From contig OZ024745.1 in the NCBI GenBank assembly GCA_964016885.1, positions 38,688,001 through 38,752,000 on the forward strand: a stretch of 64,000 bases of DNA, read 5' to 3'. The notes under the pieces were generated by a model, which was given only the letters and a program-made list of their open reading frames with translations, was not told the DNA's origin and did not search any database. Every line of letters starts with the position of its first letter. Position 1 is the stretch's first letter. This document shows, piece by piece, positions 29,050 through 42,899 of this stretch. Source of the DNA: Eledone cirrhosa. Taxonomy: Eukaryota. The position numbers and the translations under genes are program-made.

Positions 29050-32000
29050 AATGCCATGGTTGACGGAGGCTCGGCTCTGTAAGGTATTGTAATTAATACG
29101 GAAAGCCATTTCATTCGTCTGACATCCTGAATAACAGCAGCAGCAGCAGCAACAGTGACAAGGAAAATAATAGTAGCAGCCGCAACAGCATCAGCCGCAG
29201 CATAAACAACATAAGCAGCAGCAGCAACAACAAAAGTAACAGCAGCTCTGACAGACAACAACAACAACAAGAAAAACCAATGACCGCGTCTCTCCTTGTC
29301 GGAATCGAAGTCAAAACAAATGTACTGCAAGTACATACAAAATTAAGAGAAGTTGGGTCAGCACCTCCATTGAGATGTTAATCCAAACCAACCAGGAGTG
29401 CATCGAAGCTATCCCGGATGTGATAGACTTCGATAACGGCACACAACTGCCCATAAGTTTTGAGGACAAACGGCCGAAATGCTTTCGCTGTGGGTTGAAG
29501 ACTCACCTCAGGGCCTTCAGCAACGAGTAGACCCTGAGAAAGGAGAAAACCCCCCTCCTTCCGAAACCGGCTCCACTGCTACCAGCAACAGGACAGGCGG
29601 CAAGCACGAGGGATACGTCCATGGCACCCATACACACGTCACGGAAATCAAGAACAGCAGCAGCAGTGGAAGTATTAACAACAACAACAGTAACACCAAC
29701 TGCAGTTGCAACAGAGACACCACTGCAAACATCACCAACAAGAACAAGTAAAAGAGTGGAGCTGGTACCCTTCCCCGACCTCACAGAATCAGACATGGAG
29801 TGTGAGGTGGGAGAGGGATGGCAAAATGTCGCCAGAGGGCACAAACGCAGAAGAAGCGCATCGTCGCCTTCGAAAAGGGAGGAAAGAAATGAAAAAAGGG
29901 TAAAGGCTACTACAAAGAGATTTACAGCAGCAACACCACCGACACCATCACCACCCACACTAGCACCACCATCACCACCGCCAACAATAACAACACCTTC
30001 AACACCACCACCACCAACATCGCAAACACAACAACAAAAGACACACACCCATCAACAACGACAAGAAGATAGCAGAACCACACCCCATCCCCAGAAAAAC
30101 AAATGCACGGCAATAAATACACACAGCAAGAAACCAATGACTTACATAATTGAACACACAGTCATTTCACAGCACGACTACATAATACCACCCCAATCAA
30201 AACACCAACGAACATAAGTAAGAATAGCACAGAAACAATACACAAACATTAAAACGAAATTCCCCAACGCAGTTGGTAATTTCAGAGACCTAGGAGGGAC
30301 TCTCAACCGGAGAGTATATTCGGATATACTCATAGAAGAGCCGACGACCAGCCAAAGGGACGATTCAACGGTCCCTTCTCCAGACGATCAAGTGAAAAGC
30401 GATGGAGAAACCATCCTTCCTCTACGAGAAATAAGGTAAGTGGTCTTTCTCATCGTTTTCACTCCATTTCAACATGAACTCACTCAGAATAGGCAGCATA
30501 AACGCGCGTGGCTTGGAGTCGTGATGGAAGCAGGGCCAGCTGCTCAACGACCTCGGCTCACTAAACATAGATGCAGTAGCCATCAGCGAGACCAGAATCT
30601 CCGAAGCACGAGCCTTCGCTAAGATCTTCGGCGGCTGCGATGCGTACGCATCTCCCAGACATCCTGGATCGGGGGAAGGAGTTGCTGTACTTTTTCGGAG
30701 AGGTTTGGATCTCGCCATACGGGCCATCTTCCTGACCCAGAAGGTAAGTTGGTGGTGCTGGACGTGACCACCGGAGACGAGCAAGCTTTCAGGCTAGTGG
30801 CCGTCTATGCCCCGACAGGAGCAGGGCGGCCTGATTTCTTCCGGCGTCTGGAGACCTTTCTTGGAAGGTCCCGCTCTTTAGTATTAGCGGGCGACTGGAA
30901 CGGGATCTTAGATACACGCTGGGACTGTGTGGGATGAACGGATATGGGAATAGGGTGAAAGAGCCTCACCAACATGCTCAGGCGTTTTGAACTGTCTGAC
31001 AGGTACCGATTGCATTTCCCGAATGTGCCAATGTGGACTTGGACAAATCGCATAGAGTCATCCAGATCATATCTAGATAGAGTATTTTATAGGGAAATAG
31101 ATAGGTCTAGAATAGGCTGTCCACATCTCAAGATAGTCAACTACACGGACCACAAATTCGTGATCTGTGTGCTTGACTTAGATAGGCTTCATAGACGAGG
31201 ACCCGGCTACTGGAAGCTAAACGCGTCCTTACCAGCGCGCAACGCCTACAAAGATCGGATTAGCGAATTAGTTAAGCGGGCATTGATGGGGGCCATCGTC
31301 AACAACAAGTGGTGGTTTGCTCTGAAAAGAGCGATTAGAATAGAGTCCATTAGGTTTAGTAAGGCTTTAGCAATAGAGAAAAATAGAGCAGAAGGAGAAC
31401 TAGTTAGAAAATTAGACCAGGCGCTTAGCAAAGGCATAGCGACCGACGTACTTGCGGCGAAATTGGCCCTTGACCGATTTTTCAATGCAAAGCACGAAGG
31501 CTGCGTTTTCAGAGCTAGGGTGCGTGCTCTAAGACACTAAGGGACCAAAGCCGTTCAATGGGCCCGAGTGGCGGAGGTGCATCGTGGCAACAAAACCACG
31601 ATCGGTCTTTGATGGACCACGACGGGCGCATGCTACTCGATCCCGGGAAAATGTGTGAAGATTTTCAGCTTCATTTCGCACAGCTGTTCGGGGGCAGAGG
31701 TGGGCCGGATCGAGGTATCAACTTTAGTGTCTACCTCGACGGACTGCCGCGGCTCTCGGCCACTGAGGCGGAGCGTTGCGAAAAGCTGATAACAGCCGCT
31801 GAAGTACGGGAGGCAATGACTAGCTGCACAAGGGGTAAATCGCCTGGTTTGGATGGTCTGCCCCATGAACTTTACGTTCTTATGCCAGACTTGTTCGGAG
31901 ACCTCTTGGCAGACGTCTAATGCAACTGGCAACAGAACGGGAGAATTCCCAGCTCTGTGAGCCGAGGATCGGTGGCGCTGCTGAGAAAGGATCCGAACAA

Positions 32001-34114
32001 GGGGGGTAACACAGATAATTTCAGGCCCATAACGCTGCTGAACACAGAGTTCAAGATTTTGGCCGAGGTGCTAGCAAAGAGGATGGCACTTGTCGTTGGT
32101 GGTCTGGTGGGAGCGGCGCAGACATGCGCCATACCCGACAGATCCATCCACGACAACCTCCACCTCATGCGATACATCGTAGAGACGGTAGCTAGGCAAC
32201 CTGGCACGGGTGGTTCCTTGATCAATTGAGATCAGACGAAAGCTTTCGATAGGGTCGACCATCGTTACCTAGCGGCAATTCTGAAGGCGGCTGGCTTTGG
32301 GCACCTCTTCAGAGGCTGGATCGCTGCCATGCACAGCGACATCTGCTCTGTGGTGAGACTGAACGATCACCATTCAGAACCGTTCAACATCGTGTGCTCG
32401 GTCCGCCAAGGATGTCCCTTCTCGTCCCTCCTGTATGTATTGATTCTCGAGCCACTACTGCACAAATTGGAGATGTTGAGGTGGGTCCCGCGCGAACTAG
32501 GATGCGGAAGATCCGTGTCAGCATATGCGGACGACGTCACCGTAGTGGTGTCGAACGCCAAACACATCGAGGCGATCGGCACTACACTAAGAGAATACGA
32601 AGCGGTGACAGGAGCAATGATCAACCAGGAAAGGTCAGTGGGCTTGCAGCTCGGCATATGGAGAGGCAGGTCCATGCCGTCCAACAGCGTCGTCGGGCGC
32701 TGGACGGACTGAGCGGTTAAATTGCTAGGGGTCTGTTTCGGTCCGGACCGCCAGTCGGACAAAACCTGGGACGAGGTGACGAGCAGGTTGGCTTCTCTCA
32801 CTCAGAAATGGGCGGAGAGGAAGCTATCCCTGAAAGGTCGAGCGGAGGTGGCTAACGCGTACATCGCGTCCGTCATCTGCTACCGCCTGACCGTCGTACC
32901 TTGACCCAAGCCCCGCGTTTGCTCTTTCGCTTTTTGTGGAAGGACGCGCTCCGATGGTCAGGCGGTCCATCTGTTGTCAACACCCGCTACGTGGAGGTCT
33001 GGGCATACCGTGGCTGATGATGCGCAGACACGCGCTCAGGCTACGACATCTCTATCTCTTCCTCGACGGTGATCAGGTGTGATCGCCGTTTGCTAGACAC
33101 GTATTTCCCCAGCTCGTTTCCTTGACGGAGCTGCAGTCCTGGGTCAAGCGAAGACCGAGAGGGAGCGCCTGGAGACTGGAATGTCTTCAGGCGCTCACAG
33201 CCCTCGACCAATCGGGCAATGTGATCGGTGAAAACTCCACCTCGGCGTTCTATAGAGGATTAGTGGAGGGGAAGAGCCACGACGTACTTGGGGAAACTCT
33301 AGGCGTCGACGAAAATCAGCTAGCCAACCTCTTCGGAAGAACTTTGGGGCCAGGGCCTATGGACAGCTTCCAGAAATCTCTGGCCTGGCAGTGCTACCGA
33401 GGAACCTTGCCAGGTCGGGATAAACTCTACAGGCATGGAGGTGCCGTCAGCCGGGCATGTCCGAGATGCGCGCAGGGCGACGAAAACTTCCTGCACGCAC
33501 TCGTTCAGTGTCCGAAAATTGCTGACTTGTGGGTTTATGTCGAACACCTGCTGTCGCGTGTAGGACGGATCCAGCTAACATCTGGGTACATCGTGAGCAT
33601 TGCCCCGCCCTCCTCCTTTAGCCGGGAAGGGCAGGCAGTTTTTATCTGTCTGGTGGCCATGGCGAAAGAGATAGTATGGTGGACACGTTTGAAAGGGCTG
33701 AAGACGAGCACTTACCTCTTCGGTGATGCCCTGATTTTCTTTTTCAAATTTCATTTGAAAAGGAAAGTCAGAGTAGAGAGGGAAGTGCTCTCTTCCCAGC
33801 ATTTTGTTGAAAGATGGGTGAGAGAAGCAAGAATGGCCCGAGTGAATGGGACTACTCTGTGTATATATCTGTAAATTAAAGGTGGAAAACTGGGAGAGGG
33901 CACTTGCCTTGGTGGTCAGGGTCACTGTGGCCTTTTACTGGGCTTTCTCCACAAATGTCCCTCGGAAGTCTCCCCACTATTGGGGAATTTTTCTTTGTTA
34001 TTTTATTTCATCCTGTTTTTTACACGCAGAAATGCCCATTTGTACCGTCCTCTATTGTCCTGTACTGTCCTTAATGTCTACTTTATGTAAACCCTTGTGG
34101 TTAATAAAGAAAAC

Positions 34115-34140
<26 letters not shown>
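29050..34140 (+). mobile_element. Near full-length non-LTR retrotransposon, L1/Tx1 clade, inactivated
   Basis: Low-complexity ORF1 remnant at ~29250-30433, then ORF2. The 3' UTR has AATAAA and an (ATT)n tail. Confidence 0.88.
30474..33874 (+). pseudogene. LINE ORF2 pseudogene: APE endonuclease + reverse transcriptase + C-terminal zinc knuckle
   Basis: MNSLRIGSINARGL..AISETR, AVYAP, LAGDWN, SYLDRV, TDHK, GPGYWKLN, KSPGLDGLP, NFRPITLLNTEFKILA, KAFDRVDH, SVRQGCPFS, SAYADDVT, LSLKGR and CPRC..DE..HALVQC. Several stops and frameshifts. Confidence 0.93.
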
Positions 34141-34183
<43 letters not shown>

Positions 34184-35721
34184 GATAAATATACCAAAAT
34201 ATACGGTAGTGTCCAATCCCTATGAAGAACTCAATGCAATCCAATTATCATGAAAAAAATGATGTATTCAAAAATGTTTTCGATGAAAATCACAGGAAAA
34301 CAGACAAGATAAATTACTAAAAAACAATGAATAAAAACAAAGACACATTTCCTTATATTAAAACATTCATCATTTTACGATCGTTTCTAGTATATATATA
34401 TCTGTGTTGGTATGTATATCATATAGATCTATGTAAACATTTTACAAACCATCAGAGGGAATATACATATCTACACATATATGTGCTGTCTTCATTGTTT
34501 TTATTAATTTATATTTATATATATATATATATATGTGTATATGTATATATGCATGTATACATGTATGTATATACGGAAAGTGACGGAGTGGTGTATATAT
34601 TATACATCATAATATATCGATGCTATAGATCTTATAACTAGTCGTACAAAAATATTTTTACTTCATTAACAGCTGTATTCTCCTGCGTTTTTCATGCTTT
34701 TCATTTAAATCAACGAGGTTATCATTAATTCTTGGTCACAATTTTTGAATAGCTCTCTTAAATATGGTGAATTATGCGTGAACACACGTTTTAGTATGAG
34801 CTCAACATTACCAGAATACGTAGCATCTTCATATTTTGAATCGATACAAATATCCTTTGTGTTTCTGACAATGCAATCTTTATATCTTATTATATATTAG
34901 GGAACATCAGAACGTTGCCGTTATTTGTTTATGATATCGTGACCGATTTCGTTATGATATTATCTATGGCCGGCGCACGATCTTCTAATTAAGAAAGCTG
35001 CTTAGCAATCATAATATTCTCGGCTTCTTTATGGACACCTTAGATAAGTAGATTCTTCATCTGTATGGAGTCTACCCAAGCTGTGTGAAAGAAGGTCGAT
35101 ACAAAAAGATTCTGAAAACCACGCCCATCTATACTTGTGGGAGTAAACCATCAAGAGATTTACACTACCATTTTCTTCTAATTGGTTAAGCAAAACCAAC
35201 CCAACCATCTTTAGGAATGGCTATAGTAGCTGTATTGTGCTCACACGCATAATTTGGGAGCTGTGCGCATCACGGTTCTCGGCATTTAACTTTGTTTCAT
35301 GTTGATCTTGTCTACTCACTTGAAAAATAATTAAGCATCGGCAGGTGTTGTTTGGTAACAGTGGGATAGACTGCTTCGCAAGCCCGCGGTAAGTATTGTA
35401 TTCTCAATATTTACAAGCCACATGTAAGGATTATATTCTCACTTAAAACCGATGAAAGCGAATATTGTCCTGTTTAATGAACCTCAAAGTTAACGGATGA
35501 AGCAGATATCGCAGTGTTTTTTTCCTCCCTTACCCAGAGGAAATGCATGTGTTTAACATCAATGATGTAATAACAGGCGATAACGAATCCTAAACTCAGA
35601 ACGCCCATGATCTAGATAAGTTATCTAGATGTAATAAACAGATATATATAATGATGCATATTCCAATAAAAAAATCTAATACTAATATAGATATAAATTA
35701 TACTAATGTTTGCATACATAC

Positions 35722-35752
<31 letters not shown>

Positions 35753-37602
35753 ACAAATTAAAGTCTTCAAATTTATTATTATTACTATATATATATATAT
35801 AAGTATTACTTACCTTTTACTGTGACCTTTTTAATTGTGTGCGTAATCGGCTCAAATGCTAGGTTTCTCGTTTCGCCAACCTGGCAAATAATGAAAAAAT
35901 AAATTTAATGAATCATTTTTTTAAAATGTAACAAAGATTGAGATTACTATATTTTGAAATAAATTTTAGAAAACCTGTTCAGAATAGAAAGAAAAGAGTT
36001 ATAAATTAGAAGAAACATTGTGCGCATATCAGCCATATATATCAGTAACTCCAATGCCAGTTATTTCCAAAGATTATCATAACATGGTAGTGATTCTAGA
36101 CGTAATTAATTGCATAAACTCTAGAATGGGAAACATAGAAGGGGATTCAGAACAGTTATCGTCTACCCAATTGATCGACTCAGATATTTGATTATGAAAT
36201 AACATTTAAATACAAGGTGAACAACCAGTCCAATATATGGGATAGAGTAGAAAGCTGAAAGTTAAGTTCAGTGGATGCGTTAGTGTTACAATTACAATTT
36301 GGATCTGAAATATATCTGGAATATTTTCAGCATTTGCAGACACTAAGCTAAATCTTATCGTATGTTCTAGATATCTTCTAATTTATAACGAACCTCAATT
36401 CATGTTATGCATATACAATATGCATATGTTTAAACTATTTAAAATCGCAAACTATATTTCAAACTGGATCCATGCAATAGAATCTTAAACACTAAGCTAC
36501 ACTAACATGATATAGTTAAGGTACAAAAATAAATGAGGAGCCGAAAATGCCTATTAAATGTGAATTAATGTTACGAGTTAGAAACGCATAGTCCATAAAA
36601 TCCTCATTTAATCACTTTTACAATGCATTAAATATATTGATCATTATTGAAACATCGATAAATAATAAATGACAATAAGATATTAATGACAACTTAATGA
36701 GCGCAATATTGATTTTTCATGAGAAAACTATTACATCTGTGTGATAAATTCGATAAAAATGTTAACACGAAATACGAATTCCGATTTGGATATATCGGAT
36801 TCAAGACAAAGGACAATGAAAGCTGAAATTATTTTGGACGAACATAAATTGTTTTATTTATTTATTTATTTTTCTTGCGTACCAGAAACTACTTTTATCA
36901 GCACGAATCACGTGCCTTCACATATCTGTTGAAAAAAATCAACACAATGAAAATGCGAAGCTGTGTTTATAGTTTCTTTATCGCTAGAATATTTGTTATA
37001 TAACAGCTGAAAAACTGATGGATATATGTATTGGTTGAATATATATATATATATATGCATGCAATTATATATCATATCTGAAAGCATATAAACAAAGCAG
37101 AAAAATATTCCGAAAATGAGAAAAGAAACAGAATCTTCATATTTCTTTTTTCATATGAGTGTTACACAATGTTTTGTTATGTTCTTTTCGCGTTTCTATT
37201 AACATGTTTCCTCTCTCACTTCCACTACATCGTTCTCTCGCCGCTCTTTATACATTGCTATTGGCGTCAAATATTTTTATTTTATAAATGATTTTAAAAC
37301 ATTTTAAAATTTGCCCTTTAGATGAAAAGTCACTTTGAATGTTGTTGATAATTAGTAACGAGGTTCTAATGCATGGATGGTTATTGTTAAATATTGGGAG
37401 ATTCTGTCATATTTTTTCTGCGCAATGCCTTCACCATTACGTTAATCACTTTCAAAAATGAAGTAACAGAAGCGGCATCGGTTGCGCTGGAAATATAATG
37501 TTTGACGTTCGCGTATCCTAAAATGGAAATGTCAAATTGTAATTGTATATATATGATATATAAATGTATGCCTGCGTTTGCGTGTTTCTCCTTGTATGAA
37601 TG

Positions 37603-37669
<67 letters not shown>

Positions 37670-38339
37670 TATCTGTAAGTATATAACTCACCACAAATAT
37701 GCTAATGAAATGACACCAAATTCGGAGAGAATGTATAGGTATTTCAAATTATTTTTTACTTGACTTAACCGTTATTTGACTGCGCCTTGAATGATTACAT
37801 GCACATTTAACCAATGCATAATGTAAACGAAGTACCGATGCGTCTTATCCGCAGAATTATTTATACTGCCAATCTACAAAGAAACAAACAAACAAACGGC
37901 AAATATAATAAGATCAGCATCGACGACGGCAAGATCAACAACAATATAAACGACTCCATGTAGATTTTTTTACAACTAGCACGTGTTCCATTGAGAAATC
38001 ACCATTGTTCAGAGATATTATAAATGAACTATTCAGCGACTTTTCTAAACGAAGGACATGGAAATATTTACCAATGTTATTTAATATCTAGCTGAAAAAC
38101 CTCTAATACAATATTATTAAATTCAACCAAGATATAAAATCAAATATAGGCCAGGAAAAGTGTTTCAATTATACCGTACAAACTGAGGGCATTCTATTTT
38201 CGAGGATAGAGAACTCAGAGAATTAGGCGACATTCACCAAATACGTTCATATAATAATAGCCTTACTTATATGTAAATGGAAACAGCCAAAAAAATTACA
38301 TTTTTCAAATTTCAAAAATTATATTTTGTAGCCATATCA

Positions 38340-38850
38340 TTGAACCGTATCTGAACCTCTTTTGCTGATACCTTATTGAACATCTGTAATAACGTATGAC
38401 AAGTCTTCAATTAATAAAGCGTTTCAATAACTATTTTACAGCGTTTGAAGTTTTTCTATTGGTAGAGTACGTGAACCACTGATACTGCCTGTGAACATCT
38501 ACCAATAACGTCTTTGAACGTAGTCTACTAACACAGCTTTTGAACAACACCCACTCCCTAAGTATTTCAACGTCCTCAACGGATATATCATGTGACGGTC
38601 ATGTAGTAATACAATGTTTGAAAAGTGTAACCAACAATATATTTTTATCCTCTACTAACAAAACATGTGGACGTCGTGGACAGATATAATGTTTGAACAT
38701 CTACTGAAATGGTATTTGAACATAGAATACTGGTACAACGTTTGAACATATTCATAGCATTTTCTACTGAGTTAATGTTTGAATATTTACTGGTAAAATG
38801 TTTGAATGTCTTTTTATACTGATTTGTTTAAATCTCGTTGAAAAGAAAAT
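38340..38850. repeat. Degenerate ~22-28 bp minisatellite
   Basis: Recurrent TTTGAACATCTACTG-like units, for example at 38692, 38715, 38740, 38777 and 38800. Confidence 0.5.
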
Positions 38851-39640
38851 GAACAAACTTTTTTTAGCACCATTTCCTTCGTTCATTCTTCTGTCGGTTT
38901 CCCCCACCAAACAACTGTGATAGTACCACCCTAAATAAATGAGACACATAAAGTGGAAGCAGACATACGTCTGATATCACTGACTGTTCTTCGTATCAAA
39001 GTCTTTGTCATATTATTCCTGACACATGCTGTTGAAACTAGGGTGTGGATTTTACTTGGCTTATGTTTGTTGGTTATAAGTTTAGAAATATTCATAATAT
39101 GTTATCTAATTCAAAGTTCTGCTTTATATTAATTCATTTCGACAAGAAAACATAACTTGAAATATATAATAACAAAAGTGGAAGACATACCGAAATACTC
39201 ACGTACAAAAATATATACACAAGCACATTCTTGAATGAAATAAAAAAATTAGCGCCATCAATGAACAGTGTGTAGCCGTAACAATCTGATTAGTAAAGCT
39301 GTGATGTAAAATGTAATCTAATATATGCGCAATTGTGCTGGTGTTAATAAGAATGCCCCATCATAAAACAGTTAGATTAAAACATTGGTAATATAAAACA
39401 AAATGTTTTAAGAAATTCCATGGTGATATTTATTCTACACCAAGTTAGAGATATTATCTTATCATTTTAATCAACTGAAAAGTAGCTACCTAGTAATTTG
39501 CCTTTTGGAGACATATTGCCAACGCTACTATGTTTTGACAAGTAAGAAAAAATAAAAATAAAATATACGGATCCAATTAGTAGGAGATCCGTATTTACGG
39601 ATGTATATTGGTAAAATAACTGTCTTTTAGTAATTATATT

Positions 39641-39828
39641 AGTGGATTGGCAGTATCGGTAGTGGGTCGGACGCCATGCTTTCCAGCATAGTTACGTCCC
39701 TTTATGGTCTGAGTTCAATTCCCGCCGAGGTTAACCTTGCCTTTCATCCTTACGGGGTCGATAAAATAAAGTACCAGTATCACACTGGGTTAATTGCAGG
39801 CCTAGTGCCAAAAGTAGAAACAATTATA
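39641..39828 (+). mobile_element. SINE family A
   Basis: Full-length match to the other copies. Confidence 0.88.
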
Positions 39829-40059
39829 TCAGTGTTTGTCAAATCATTTAATATCAAATACTTCTAAATGTATGAAATATCGTTTGAACTAACATGGCTA
39901 ATAATAACCAACATAGCACAATCATTGATACTAAATCTCTAGTCTATATACTAGTGTGTTAGTTTTTGTATATAAATCCTTGGTCTTTAAATTTAAAAGA
40001 AGATACTTCAAAACGCTATGACATAGTTCATAGAGATTTCTGAAAATGTAAGTTACCTA

Positions 40060-40445
40060 TTGGTTAGGGTTTGGGATTCAGAATCATAATCTCGTGAGTC
40101 TCAGAACCGGGTGGTGTGTTGTGTTCTTGAACAACGCACTTCCGGTTGATTCTCAGAATAAGATCTAAAGTCTACTCGTCACAAGTCCATAGGCTTATCA
40201 GATCGCTGCTTATTCCGGTCTCCTTGGCGTGAAGCGACTGATAATACAAGACTACCCCCTGTACAGGACACCATTCCATCACATAATAAAAACCCCTTCA
40301 GCTAGTGCTGGTTCCCATTGTCAGCGTAGTATACTGGAGAAACGTGAAATGAAATTATTTGCTCAAGAATACAACATAGAAGAGGGTCCAGGAACAGAAC
40401 CCACGATAACATGATCGTAAGTTCAACACGCTTACACCTAGCCAT
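40060..40445. mobile_element. Two old CORE-like SINE remnants, tail to tail
   Basis: Plus-strand head at 40060-40140 (TGTGTTCTTGAACAACGCACTT). Minus-strand head at 40340-40445 (TTTGCTCAAGAATACAAC..GGTCCAGGAA..ACCCACG). Confidence 0.5.
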
Positions 40446-40831
40446 CTTAGCATATAATGAAAGACTCCCTAAGAGTAAAACATCTGATGAATTGCCGTAT
40501 TATAGAAGCTTAGCTAAAAATGCATAGGTGAGAGCTAGGAAATATAATTTTTTTCATTTTAAATCGAGATTTTCTTATTAACTACACAATTTTGACACGC
40601 CTGGAGAAAATACTTCAGTTATGTTTGTTATTTCCTGGATATACTTACATATTTATATGGTAGCAATAATTACATTGTGCATTCAATTTAAGAATATTCT
40701 AAAATGTTTCTTTGAAAAAAGATTATTCTAATAAATTAAAATAATCTTTCGAAAACATTACTCAATTCTTGACAGTGGTGGTGTTTACAATATTTTATAT
40801 GACTTATTAACACAGATTGATAGGGATTATA

Positions 40832-41022
40832 TAATTGTTTCTATTTTTAGCACAATGCCAGCAATTCACCAGTACATTACTGGTACTTTATTTTATCGAC
40901 CCCGTAAGGATGAAAGGCAAATTTAACCTCTGCGTGATTTGAACTCAGATCATAAAGCGACGTAACTCTATGCTTCAAACACGGTGTCCGACTCTCTACC
41001 GATACTGTCAATCCACCGCCCT
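40832..41022 (-). mobile_element. SINE family A with a long TSD
   Basis: Reverse-complement copy flanked by GATTGATAGGGAT(T/A)ATATAAT at 40815 and 41025. Confidence 0.88.
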
Positions 41023-41346
41023 TTGATTGATAGGGATAATATAATATTAAATGGTAGCAATACTCACTCTCCGTCAGTATGCAGATGTGAGACTTCGGAG
41101 AGAAAGTTAAGGGTGAGTGAAACTCAAATATAAAGGATGGTATTAGCAACCTCATTTTGCAAAGTTAGTATTATCACAAGAGCATCTAGATGACACATTC
41201 TTACACACATTGATGGATAATCAGATTTATATAGATGCCGGCAGAGATATGGGTGGAAATATGATTACAAATGCTATACTCTTATTCAAATGATAACGTA
41301 GTCTAAATGCAGCTTTGTCTTATCAGATATATATATTTATTAATAA

Positions 41347-42253
41347 CTAGCAGCAGTACCCAGCGTTGCCTGGGTAGGTAAAATAATATCGGCTTTGATG
41401 AAAAGGTGTTGATATTAGTGACTGCTTCTCGATGACTCATCTATGGCCACACACAGGCCATGCGAGGGAGGGTGGTGATGACCTAAGCCAATGGCGAGTT
41501 TCTTGAAAATCGGTCGTAGGGTGTAACAAATGGCGAGCTGTTGAGTGAGATCGTATGGAATATGTGGGAGGTGGAAAAAATCGTATTTTGAAGAGTTAAA
41601 TGGATGCCACGCCGTTCCTGAACAAAAAATGCAAAGTGTAAAGCTACTATAAGATTTGCAATAATAGCTTCTATCGTAGTATAAAAGTTGAACCAAAGAA
41701 ATTGATTTATCTGTGACGTGGAGCAGATGTTTCGAATTTGAAAGAAATCCGAAAATTCGAAAATCTAAAGACACTTGAAGACTGGAAATAATCAGATGTA
41801 GCGTAGTGTAAAATTTGAACAACACAGGTTGATTAATGTGGGAGCTAGAGCCGAAAAAGTGGAAATGTTATCCTAAAAGTGGTATTTTTCAATATTTAAG
41901 CGGCTACCACGCCGTCCCTGAACATCAAATGAATGATATAAAGCAATTACTGGATGTCTAATGATACATTCTATTTTACTTTAAAATTCGTACGAAATCG
42001 GCGGCAAAATGTGGGAGCCAGTACCAAAAATCATATTTTTCGATACCTAAAAAAAGGTGACCCCCTATCGATTTTATTTGCAGAATGACCTCGGAATGAA
42101 AAGAACTATACGCTGATATATAGAAGACACTCCGCGATGGCTACTCTATGAGCCTGTAAAGTTTCATGAAAATCGGTCGTAATATGTAGGCCCCTATAGG
42201 TAATACACAGACACACAGACACACACACATATTTAATTTTATATATATACCGA
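41347..42253 (-). mobile_element. Complete non-autonomous Helitron (~907 bp)
   Basis: On the minus strand it begins TC (TCGGTATATATATAAAATTAAATATGTGTG..). It ends with the hairpin ACCCAGGCAACGCTGGGT + ACTGCTG + CTAG, and sits between A and T with no TSD. Confidence 0.85.
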
Positions 42254-42428
42254 TTAACAATACATTCATTAGAAGTACGATGTTTTTACCTAACAGAAAT
42301 ATGGAGATATTTCAAGGATTAATAGATTCACAGGAATTAAACAAAGAAAATGCAATAGATGCATCGTCTAACGCGACCTACGAATATATATATATATTAT
42401 ATTAGTTATGAATCGTGATTGTAGCTGT

Positions 42429-42525
<97 letters not shown>

Positions 42526-42527
<2 letters not shown>

Positions 42528-42720
42528 AACCACTAAGACCCCGACGGCTGAGCTCAAGCCGTTTCGACGGCTAATTCTGGACTAGTCCAGAATTAGCCGT
42601 CGAAACGGCTTGAGCTCAGCCGTCGGGGTCTTACTGGTTCCTATTACACACTCTACTACCCCAAGTATTGAGTACTTTGGTGCGTTATGGTCCACCTGGT
42701 TCCTTACCACATTTCCTTCG

Positions 42721-42722
<2 letters not shown>
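42526..42722. mobile_element. 116-bp palindrome of HHR 3' halves inserted in (TA)n
   Basis: 42526-42641 is palindromic (one mismatch) about ACTAGT. Each arm carries GAAAC GGCT tgagctc AGCC GTC. The right arm continues 80 bp to (TA)n. Confidence 0.75.
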
Positions 42723-42788
<66 letters not shown>

Positions 42789-42899
42789 ATCATAATACAT
42801 TTCAGAACATCCCGTTAAGGGTGAAAGCAGCGATTCTTTGCTCAAACTTTAATCTGTTATTTTAATAAATATATATATATATTTATCCTAAACTTTCTA

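Noticed and set aside
29479-30217. Pro/Thr-rich ORFs as a mucin-like host gene
   Set aside because: They lie directly upstream of LINE ORF2 inside the element and are best read as a decayed ORF1.
34200-39600. Possible host exons in the TE-poor stretch
   Set aside because: No convincing ORF, domain or splice-bounded coding segment is visible by eye. Short exons cannot be excluded.
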